Under the pieces are notes generated by a model. That model did no database searches. It saw only the letters and a program-made list of their open reading frames with translations, and was not told where the DNA came from. From Eledone cirrhosa (lineage: Eukaryota): a stretch of 64,000 nucleotides of DNA. The stretch is taken from positions 208,444,001 to 208,508,000 of the forward strand of contig OZ024743.1 of assembly GCA_964016885.1 (NCBI GenBank), written 5' to 3'. A program made the position numbers and the translations under genes. Shown piece after piece: positions 1 to 13,000 of the stretch (position 1 is its first letter; every line of letters starts with the position of its first letter).

Positions 1-3000
1 TATACCACAGTTTACCATCCTATAGCCACAGATGAAAGCTCTTCACTCCATAAGATATACCACAGTTTACCATCCTATAGCCACACATGAAAGCTCTTCA
101 CTCCATAAGATATAACACAGTTTACCATATTATAGCCACAGATGAAAGCTCTTCACTCCATAAGATATACCACAGTTTACCATCCTATAGCCACACATGA
201 AAGCTCTTCACTCCATAAGATATACCACAGTTTACCATCCTATAGCCACACATGAAAGCTCTTCACTCCGTAAGATATACCACAGTTTACCATCCTATAG
301 CCACAGATGAAAGCTCTTCACTCCATAAGATATACCACAGTTTACCATCCTATAGCTAGATGAAAGCTCTTCACTCCATAAGATATACCACAGTTTACCA
401 TCCTATAGCCACAAATGAAAGCTCTTCACTCCATAAGATATACCACAGTTTACCATCCTATAGCCACACATGAAAGCTCTTCACTCCATAAGATATACCA
501 CAGTTTACCATCCTATAGCCACACATGAAAGCTCTTCACTCCATAAGATATACCACAGTTTACCATCCTATAGCCACACATGAAAGCTCTTCACTCCATA
601 AGATATACCACAGTTTACCATCCTATAGCCACAGATGAAAGCTCGTCACTCCATAAGATATACCACAGTTTACCATCCTATAGCCACACATGAAAGCTCT
701 TCACTCCATAAGATATACCACAGTTTACCATCATATAGCCACACATGAAAGATCTTCACTCCATAAGATATACCACAGTTTACCATCCTATAGCCACACA
801 TGAAAGCTATTCACTCCATAAGATATACCACAGTTTACCATCCTATAGCCACACATGAAAGCTCTTCACTCCATAAGATATACCACAGTTTACCATCCTA
901 TAGGAAAACCTGAAAGCTCTTCACTCCATAAGATATACCACAGTTTACCATCCTATAGCCACACATGAAAGCTCTTCACTCCATAAGATATACCACAGTT
1001 TACCATCCTATAGCCACAGATGAAAGCTCTTCACTCCATAAGATATACCACAGTTTAACATCCTATAGCCACACATGAAAGCTCTTCACTCCATAAGATA
1101 TACTACAGTTTACCATCCTATAGCCACACATGAAAGCTCTTCACTCCATAAGATATACCACAGTTTACCATCCTATAGACACAGATGAAAGCTCTTCACT
1201 CCATAAGATATACCACAGTTTACAATCCTATAGCCACACATGAAAGCTCTTCACTCCATAACATATACCACAGTTTACCATCCTATAGCCACACATGAAA
1301 GCTCTTCGCTCCATAAGATATACCACAGTTTACCATCCTATAGCCACACATGAAAGCTCTAAACTCCATAAGATATACCACAGTTTACCATCCTATAGCC
1401 ACACATGAAAGCTCTTCACTCCATAAGATATACCACAGTTTACCATCCTATAGCCACAGATGAAAGCTCTTCACTCCATAAGATATACCACAGTTTAACA
1501 TCCTATAGCCACACATGAAAGCTCTTCACTCCATAAGATATACCACAGTTTACCATCCTATAGCCACAGATGAAAGCTCTTCACTCCATAAGATATACCA
1601 CAGTTTACCATCCTATAGGAAAACCTGAAAGCTCTTCACTACATAAGATATACCACAGTTTACCATCCTATGGCCACAGATGAAAGCTCTTCACTCCATA
1701 AGATATACCAAAGTTTACCATCCTATAGCCACAGATGAAAGCTCTTCACTCCATAAGATATACCACAGTTTACCATCCTATAGCCACAGATGAAAGCTCT
1801 TCACTCCATAAGATATACCACAGTTTACAATCCTATAGCCACACATGAAAGCTCTTCACTCCATAACATATACCACAGTTTACCATCCTATAGCCACACA
1901 TGAAAGCTCTTCGCTCCATAAGATATACCACAGTTTACCATCCTATAGCCACACATGAAAGCTCTACACTCCATAAGATATACCACAGTTTACCATCCTA
2001 TAGCCACACATGAAAGCTCTTCACTCCATAAGATATACCACAGTTTACCATCCTATAGCCACAGATGAAAGCTCTTCACTCCATAAGATATACCACAGTT
2101 TAACATCCTATAGCCACACATGAAAGCTCTTCACTCCATAAGATATACCACAGTTTACCATCCTATAGCCACAGATGAAAGCTCTCCACTCCATAAGATA
2201 TACCACAGTTGACCATCCTATAGCTAGATGAAAGCTCTTCACTCCATAAGATATACCACAGTTTACCATCCTATAGCCACAGATGAAAGCTCTTCACTCC
2301 ATAAGATATACCACAGTTTACCATCCTATAGCCACACATGAAAGCTCTTCACTCCATAAGATATAACACAGTTTACCATATTATAGCCACAGATGAAAGC
2401 TCTTCACTCCATAAGATATACCACAGTTTACCATCCTATAGCCACACATGAAAGCTCTTCACTCCATAAGATATACCACAGTTTACCATCCTATAGCCAC
2501 ACATGAAAGCTCTTCACTCCGTAAGATATACCACAGTTTACCATCCTATAGCCACAGATGAAAGCTCTTCACTCCATAAGATATACCACAGTTTACCATC
2601 CTATAGCTAGATGAAAGCTCTTCACTCCATAAGATATACCACAGTTTACCATCCTATAGCCACAAATGAAAGCTCTTCACTCCATAAGATATACCACAGT
2701 TTACCATCCTATAGCCACACATGAAAGCTCTTCACTCCATAAGATATACCACAGTTTACCATCCTATAGCCACACATGAAAGCTCTTCACTCCATAAGAT
2801 ATACCACAGTTTACCATCCTATAGCCACACATGAAAGCTCTTCACTCCATAAGATATACCACAGTTTACCATCCTATAGCCACAGATGAAAGCTCGTCAC
2901 TCCATAAGATATACCACAGTTTACCATCCTATAGCCACACATGAAAGCTCTTCACTCCATAAGATATACCACAGTTTACCATCATATAGCCACACATGAA

Positions 3001-3200
3001 AGATCTTCACTCCATAAGATATACCACAGTTTACCATCCTATAGCCACACATGAAAGCTATTCACTCCATAAGATATACCACAGTTTACCATCCTATAGC
3101 CACACATGAAAGCTCTTCACTCCATAAGATATACCACAGTTTACCATCCTATAGGAAAACCTGAAAGCTCTTCACTCCATAAGATATACCACAGTTTACC
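1..3200. repeat. Higher-order duplication, offset 2251 bp (41 monomers): ~1-930 repeated at ~2252-3180
   Basis: Same ordered private variants: CCATATTAT (~125/2376), CCGTAA, 53-mer, CAAATG, GCTCGTC (641/2892), AAGATCT, GCTATTC, GGAAAACCTG (903/3154). 2251 = 41x55 - 4 (two 53-mers). Confidence 0.9.
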
Positions 3201-6200
3201 ATCCTATGGCCACAGATGAAAGCTCTTCACTCCATAAGATATACCAAAGTTTACCACCCTATGGCCACAGATGAAAGCTCTTCACTCCATAACATATACC
3301 ACAGTTTACCATCATATAGCCACACATGAAAGCTCTTCACTCCATAAGATATACCACAGTTTACCATCCTATAGCCACAGATGAAAGCTCTTCACTCCAT
3401 AAGATATACCACAGTTTACCATCCTATAGGCACACATGAAAGCTCTTCACTCCATAACATATACCACAGTTTACCATCCTATAGCCACACATGAAAGCTC
3501 TTCACTCTATAAGATATACCACAGTTTACCATCCTATAGCCACACATGAAAGCTCTTCACTCCATAAGATATACCACAGTTTACCATCCTATAGCAAAAC
3601 ATGAAAGCTCTTCACTCCATAAGATATACCACAGTTTACCATCCTATGGCCACAGATGAAAGCTCTTCACTCCATAAGATATACCACAGTTTACCATCCT
3701 ATAGCCACGCCACGGATGAAAGCTCTTCACTCCATAAGATATACCACAGTTTACCATCCTATAGCCACACATGAAAGCTCTTCACTCCATAAGATATACC
3801 ACAGTTTACCATCCTATAGCCACACATGAAAGCTCTTCACTCCATAAGATATACCACAGTTTACCATCCTATAGCCACACATGAAAGCTCTTCACTCCAT
3901 AAGATATACCACAGTTTACCATCCTATGGCCACACATGAAAGCTCTTCACTCCATAAGATATACCACAGTTTACCATCCTATAGCCACACATGAAAGCTC
4001 TTCACTCCATAAGATATACCACAGTTTACCATCCTATAGCCACGCCACGGATGAAAGCTCTTCACTCCATAAGATATACCACAGTTTACCATCCTATAGC
4101 CACACATGAAATCTCTTCACTCCATAAGATATACCACAGTTTACCATCCTATTGCCACAGATGAAAGCTCTTCACTCCATAAGATATACCACAGTTTACA
4201 ATCCTATAGCTACACATGAAAGCTCTTCACTCCATAACATATACCACAGTTTACCATCCTATAGCCACACATGAAAGCTCTTCGCTCCATAAGATATACC
4301 ACAGTTTACCATCCTATAGCCACACATGAAAGCTCTTCACTCCATAAGATATACCACAGTTTACCATCCTATAGCCACACATGAAAGCTCTTCACTCCAT
4401 AAGATATACCACAGTATACCATCCTATAGCCACAGATGAAAGCTCTTCACTACATAAGATATACCACAGTTTAACATCCTATAGCCACACATGAAAGCTC
4501 TTCACTCCATAAGATATACCACAGTTTACCATCCTATAGCCACAGATGAAAGCTCTTCACTCCATAAGATATACCACAGTTGACCATCCTATAGCTAGAT
4601 GGAAGCTCTTCACTCCATAAGATATACCACAGTTTACCATCCTATAGCCACAGATGAAAGCTCTTCACTCCATAAGATATACCACAGTTTACCATCCTAT
4701 AGCCACACATGAAAGCTCTTCACTCCTTAAGATATACCACAGTTTACCATCCTATAGCCACACATGAAAGCTCTTCACTCCATAAGATATAACACAGTTT
4801 ACCATCTTATAGCCACAGATGAAAGCTCTTCACTCCATAAGATATACCACAGTTTACCACCCTATGGCCACAGATGAAAGCTCTTCACTCCATAAGATAT
4901 ACCACAGTTTACCATCCTATAGCCACGCCACGGATGAAAGCTCTTCACTCCATAAGATATACCAGAGTTTACCATCCTATAGCCACACATGAAAGCTCTT
5001 CACTCCATAAGATATACCACAGTTTACCATCCTATAGCCACAGATGAAAGCTCTTCACTCCATAAGATATACCACAGTTTACCATCCTATAGCTAGATGA
5101 AAGCTCTTCACTCCATAAGATATACCACAGTTTACCATCCTATAGCCACAAATGAAAGCTCTTCACTCCATAAGATATACCACAGTTTACCATCCTATAG
5201 CCACACATGAAAGCTCTTCACTCCATAAGATATACCACAGTTTACCATCCTATAGCCACACATGAAAGCTCTTCACTCCATAAGATATACCACAGTTTAC
5301 CATCCTATAGCCACACATGAAAGCTCTTCACTCCATAAGATATACCACAGTTTACCATCCTATAGCCACAGATGAAAGCTCGTCACTCCATAAGATATAC
5401 CACAGTTTACCATCCTATAGCCACACATGAAAGCTCTTCACTCCATAAGATATACAACAGTTTACCATCATATAGCCACACATGAAAGATCTTCACTCCA
5501 TAAGATATACCACAGTTTACCATCCTATAGCCACACATGAAAGCTATTCACTCCATAAGATATACCACAGTTTACCATCCTATAGCCACACATGAAAGCT
5601 CTTCACTCCATAAGATATACCACAGTTTACCATCCTATAGGAAAATCTGAAAGCTCTTCACTCCATAAGATATACCACAGTTTACCATCCTATAGCCACA
5701 CATGAAAGCTCTTCACTCCATAAGATATACCACAGTTTACCATCCTATAGCCACAGATGAAAGCTCTTCACTCCATAAGATATACCACAGTTTAACATCC
5801 TATAGCCACACATGAAAGCTCTTCACTCCATAAGATATACTACAGTTTACCATCCTATAGCCACACATGAAAGCTCTTCACTCCATAAGATATACCACAG
5901 TTTACCATCCTATAGCCACAGATGAAAGCTCTTCACTCCATAAGATATACCACAGTTTACAATCCTATAGCCACACATGAAAGCTCTTCACTCCATAACA
6001 TATACCACAGTTTACCATCCTATAGCCACACATGAAAGCTCTTCGCTCCATAAGATATACCACAGTTTACCATCCTATAGCCACACATGAAAGCTCTACA
6101 CTCCATAAGATATACCACAGTTTACCATCCTATAGCCACACATGAAAGCTCTTCACTCCATAAGATATACCACAGTTTACCATCCTATAGCCACAGATGA

Positions 6201-9200
6201 AAGCTCTTCACTCCATAAGATATACCACAGTTTAACATCCTATAGCCACACATGAAAGCTCTTCACTCCATAAGATATACCACAGTTTACCATCCTATAG
6301 CCACAGATGAAAGCTCTTCACTCCATAAGATATACCACAGTATACCATCCTATAGGAAAACCTGAAAGCTCTTCACTCCATAAGATATACCACAGTTTAC
6401 CATCCTATGGCCACAGATGAAAGCTCTTCACTACATAAGATATACCAAAGTTTACCATCCTATAGCCACAGATGAAAGCTCTTCACTCCATAAGATATAC
6501 CACAGTTTACCATCCTATAGCCACAGATGAAAGCTCTTCACTCCATAAGATATACCACAGTTTACAATCCTATAGCCACACATGAAAGCTCTTCACTCCA
6601 TAACATATACCACAGTTTACCATCCTATAGCCACACATGAAAGCTCTTCGCTCCATAAGATATACCACAGTTTACCATCCTATAGCCACACATGAAAGCT
6701 CTACACTCCATAAGATATACCACAGTTTACCATCCTATAGCCACACATGAAAGCTCTTCACTCCATAAGATATACCACAGTTTACCATCCTATAGCCACA
6801 GATGAAAGCTCTTCACTCCATAAGATATACCACAGTTTAACATCCTATAGCCACACATGAAAGCTCTTCACTCCATAAGATATACCACAGTTTACCATCC
6901 TATAGCCACAGATGAAAGCTCTCCACTCCATAAGATATACCACAGTTGACCATCCTATAGCTAGATGAAAGCTCTTCACTCCATAAGATATACCACAGTT
7001 TACCATCCTATAGCCACAGATGAAAGCTCTTCACTCCATAAGATATACCACAGTTTACCATCCTATAGCCACACATGAAAGCTCTTCACTCCATAAGATA
7101 TAACACAGTTTACCATATTATAGCCACAGATGAAAGCTCTTCACTCCGTAAGATATACCACAGTTTACCATCCTATAGCCACAGATGAAAGCTCTTCACT
7201 CCATAAGATATACCACAGTTTACCATCCTATAGCTAGATGAAAGCTCTTCACTCCATAAGATATACCACAGTTTACCATCCTATAGCCACAAATGAAAGC
7301 TCTTCACTCCATAAGATATACCACAGTTTACCATCCTATAGCCACACATGAAAGCTCTTCACTCCATAAGATATACCACAGTTTACCATCCTATAGCCAC
7401 ACATGAAAGCTCTTCACTCCATAAGATATACCACAGTTTACCATCCTATAGCCACACATGAAAGCTCTTCACTCCATAAGATATACCACAGTTTACCATC
7501 CTATAGCCACAGATGAAAGCTCGTCACTCCATAAGATATACCACAGTTTACCATCCTATAGCCACACATGAAAGCTCTTCACTCCATAAGATATACCACA
7601 GTTTACCATCATATAGCCACACATGAAAGATCTTCACTCCATAAGATATACCACAGTTTACCATCCTATAGCCACACATGAAAGCTATTCACTCCATAAG
7701 ATATACCACAGTTTACCATCCTATAGCCACACATGAAAGCTCTTCACTCCATAAGATATACCACAGTTTACCATCCTATAGGAAAACCTGAAAGCTCTTC
7801 ACTCCATAAGATATACCACAGTTTACCATCCTATGGCCACAGATGAAAGCTCTTCACTCCATAAGATATACCAAAGTTTACCACCCTATGGCCACAGATG
7901 AAAGCTCTTCACTCCATAACATATACCACAGTTTACCATCATATAGCCACACATGAAAGCTCTTCACTCCATAAGATATACCACAGTTTACCATCCTATA
8001 GCCACAGATGAAAGCTCTTCACTCCATAAGATATACCACAGTTTACCATCCGATAGGCACACATGAAAGCTCTTCACTCCATAACATATACCACAGTTTA
8101 CCATCCTATAGCCACACATGAAAGCTCTTCACTCTATAAGATATACCACAGTTTACCATCCTATAGCCACACATGAAAGCTCTTCACTCCATAAGATATA
8201 CCACAGTTTACCATCCTATAGCAAAACATGAAAGCTCTTCACTCCATAAGATATACCACAGTTTACCATCCTATGGCCACAGATGAAAGCTCTTCACTCC
8301 ATTAAATATACCACAGTTTACCACCCTATGGCCACAGATGAAATCTCTTCACTCCATAAGATATACCACAGTTTACCATCCTATAGCCACGCCACGGATG
8401 AAAGCTCTTCACTCCATAAGATATACCACAGTTTACCATCCTATAACCACACATGAAAGCTCTTCACTCCATAAGATATACCACAGTTTACCATCCTATA
8501 GCCACACATGAAAGCTCTTCACTCCATAAGATATACCACAGTTTACCATCCTATAGCCACACATGAAAGCTCTTCACTCCATAAGATATACCACAGTTTA
8601 CCATCCTATGGCCACACATGAAAGCTCTTCACTCCATAAGATATACCACAGTTTACCATCCTATAGCCACACATGAAAGCTCTTCACTCCATAAGATATA
8701 CCACAGTTTACCATCCTATAGCCACACATGAAAGCTCTTCACTCCATAAGATATACCACAGTTTACCATCCTATAGCCACGCCACGGATGAAAGCTCTTC
8801 ACTCCATAAGATATACCACAGTTTACCATCCTATAGCCACACATGAAATCTCTTCACTCCATAAGATATACCACAGTTTACCATCCTATTGCCACAGATG
8901 AAAGCTCTTCACTCCATAAGATATACCACAGTTTACAATCCTATAGCTACACATGAAAGCTCTTCACTCCATAACATATACCACAGTTTACCATCCTATA
9001 GCCACACATGAAAGCTCTTCGCTCCATAAGATATACCACAGTTTACCATCCTATAGCCACACATGAAAGCTCTTCACTCCATAAGATATACCACAGTTTA
9101 CCATCCTATAGCCACACATGAAAGCTCTTCACTCCATAAGATATACCACAGTATACCATCCTATAGCCACAGATGAAAGCTCTTCACTACATAAGATATA

Positions 9201-9790
9201 CCACAGTTTAACATCCTATAGCCACACATGAAAGCTCTTCACTCCATAAGATATACCACAGTTTACCATCCTATAGCCACACATGAAAGCTCTTCACTCC
9301 ATAAGATATACCACAGTTTACCATCCTATAGCCACAGATGAAAGCTCTTCACTCCATAAGATATACCACAGTTGACCATCCTATAGCTAGATGGAAGCTC
9401 TTCACTCCATAAGATATACCACAGTTTACCATCCTATAGCCACAGATGAAAGCTCTTCACTCCATAAGATATACCACAGTTTACCATCCTATAGACACAC
9501 ATGAAAGCTCTTCACTCCTTAAGATATACCACAGTTTACCATCCTATAGCCACACATGAAAGCTCTTCACTCCATAAGATATAACACAGTTTACCATCTT
9601 ATAGCCACAGATGAAAGCTCTTCACTCCATAAGATATACCACAGTTTACCACCCTATGGCCACAGATGAAAGCTCTTCACTCCATAAGATATACCACAGT
9701 TTACCATCCTATAGCCACGCCACGGATGAAAGCTCTTCACTCCATAAGATATACCAGAGTTTACCATCCTATAGCCACACATGAAAGCTC
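250..9790. repeat. Tandem duplication of a ~4.7 kb (~86-monomer) block: ~250-4990 and ~4990-9790
   Basis: Marker pairs at offset 4737 (641/5378, 903/5640, 1618/6355, 2181/6918), then 4627 (2892/7519, 3154/7781), then 4792 (GGAAGCTC 4601/9393, ACCAGAG 4961/9753). The offsets differ by whole monomers. Confidence 0.9.
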
Positions 9791-10099
9791 TTCACTCCAT
9801 AAGATATACCACAGTTTACCATCCTATAGCCACACATGAAAGCTCTTCACTCCATAAGATATACCACAGTTTACCATCCTATAGCCACACATGAAAGCTC
9901 TTCACTCCATAAGATATACCACAGTTTACCATCCTATAGCCACACATGAAAGCTCTTCACTCCATAAGATATACCACAGTTTACCATCCTATAGCCACAC
10001 ATGAAAGCTCTTCACTCCATAAGATATACCACAGTTTACCATCCTATAGCCACACATGAAAGCTCTTCACTCCATAAGATATACCACAGTTTACCATCC

Positions 10100-13000
10100 T
10101 ATAGCCACACATGAAAGCTCTTCGCTCCATAAGATATACCACAGTTTACCATCCTATAGCCACACATGAAAGCTCTTCACTCCATAAGATATACCAGTTT
10201 ACCATCCTATAGCCACAGATGAAAGCTCTTCACTCCATAAGATATACCACAGTTTAACATCCTATAGCCACACATGAAAGCTCTTCACTCCATAAGATAT
10301 ACTACAGTTTACCATCCTATAGCCACACATGAAAGCTCTTCACTCCATAAGATATACCACAGTTTACCATCCTATAGCCACAGATGAAAGCTCTTCACTC
10401 CATAAGATATACCACAGTTTACAATCCTATAGCCACACATGAAAGATCTTCACTCCATAACATATACCACAGTTTACCATCCTATAGCCACACATGAAAG
10501 CTCTTCACTCCATAAGATATACCACAGTTTACCATCCTATAGCCACAGATGAAAGCTCTTCACTCCATAAGATATACCACAGTTTACAATCCTATAGCCA
10601 CACATGAAAGCTCTTCGCTCCATAAGATATACCACAGTTTACCATCCTATAGCCACACATGAAAGCTCTTCACTCCATAAGATATACCACAGTTTACCAT
10701 CCTATAGCCACACATGAAAGCTCTTCACTCCATAAGATATACCACAGTTTACCATCCTATAGCCACAGATGAAAGCTCTTCACTCCATAAGATATACCAC
10801 AGTTTAACATCCTATAGCCACACATGAAAGCTCTTCACTCCATAAGATATACCACAGTTTACCATCCTATAGCCACACATGAAAGCTCTTCACTCCATAA
10901 GATATACCACAGTTTACCATCCTATAGCCACAGATGAAAGCTCTTCACTCCATAAGATATACCACAGTTGACCATCCTATAGCTAGATGAAAGCTCTTCA
11001 CTCCATAAGATATACCACAGTTTACCATCCTATAGCCACAGATGAAAGCTCTTTACTCCATAAGATATACCACAGTTTACCATCCTATAGCCACACATGA
11101 AAGCTCTTCACTCCATAAGATATACCACAGTTTACCATCCTATAGCCACACATGAAAGCTCTTCACTCCATAAGATATACCACAGTTTACCATCCTATAG
11201 CCACACATGAAAGCTCTTCACTCCATAAGATATACCACAGTTTACCATCCTATAGCCACAGATGAAAGCTCGTCACTCCATAAGATATACCACAGTTTAC
11301 CATCCTATAGCCATACATGAAAGCTCTTCACTCCATAAGATATACCACAGTTTACCATCATATAGCCACACATGAAAGCTCTTCACTCCATAAGATATAC
11401 CACAGTTTACCATCCTATAGCCACACATGAAAGCTATTCACTCCATAAGATATACCACAGTTTACCATCCTATAGCCACACATGAAAGCTCTTCACTCCA
11501 TAAGATATACCACAGTTTACCATCCTATAGGAAATCCTGAAAGCTCTTCACTCCATAAGATATACCACAGTTTACCATCCTATGGCCACAGATGAAAGCT
11601 CTTCACTCCATAAGATATACCAAAGTTTACCACCCTATGGCCACAGATGAAAGCTCTTCACTCCATAACATATACCACAGTTTACCATCATATAGCCACA
11701 CATGAAAGCTCTTCACTCCATAAGATATACCACAGTTTACCATCCTATAGCCACAGATGAAAGCTCTTCACTCCATAAGATATACCACAGTTTACCATCC
11801 TATAGGCACACATGAAAGCTCTTCACTCCATAAGATATACCACAGTTTACCATCCTATAGCCACACATGAAAGCTCTTCACTCTATAAGATATACCACAG
11901 TTTACCATCCTATAGCCACACATGAAAGCTCTTCACTCCATAAGATATACCACAGTTTACCATCCTATAGCAAAACATGAAAGCTCTTCACTCCATAAGA
12001 TATACCACAGTTTACCATCCTATGGCCACATATGAAAGCTCTTCACTCCATAAGATATACCACAGTTTACCACCCTATGGCCACAGATGAAAGCTCTTCA
12101 CTCCATAAGATATACCACAGTTTACCATCCTATAGCCACGCCACGGATGAAAGCTCTTCACTCCATAAGATATACCACAGTTTACCATCCTATAGCCACA
12201 CATGAAAGCTCTTCACTCCATAAGATATACCACAGTTTACCATCCTATAGCCACACATGAAAGCTCTTCACTCCATAAGATATACCACAGTTTACCATCC
12301 TATAGCCACACATGAAAGCTCTTCACTCCATAAGATATACCACAGTTTACCATCCTATGGCCACACATGAAAGCTCTTCACTCCATAAGATATACCACAG
12401 TTTACCATCCTATAGCCACACATGAAAGCTCTTCACTCCATAAGATATACCACAGTTTACCATCCTATAGCCACACATGAAAGCTCTTCACTCCATAAGA
12501 TATACCACAGTTTACCATCCTATAGCCACGCCACGGATGAAAGCTCTTCACTCCATAAGATATACCACAGTTTACCATCCTATAGCCACACATGAAAGCT
12601 CTTCACTCCATAAGATATACCACAGTTTACCATCCTATTGCCACAGATGAAAGCTCTTCACTCCATAAGATATACCACAGTTTACAATCCTATAGCTACA
12701 CATGAAAGCTCTTCACTCCATAACATATACCACAGTTTACCATCCTATAGCCACACATGAAAGCTCTTCGCTCCATAAGATATACCACAGTTTACCATCC
12801 TATAGCCACACATGAAAGCTCTTCACTCCATAAGATATACCACAGTTTACCATCCTATAGCCACACATGAAAGCTCTTCACTCCATAAGATATACCACAG
12901 TTTACCATCCTATAGCCACAGATGAAAGCTCTTCACTACATAAGATATACCACAGTTTAACATCCTATAGCCACACATGAAACCTCTTCACTCCATAAGA

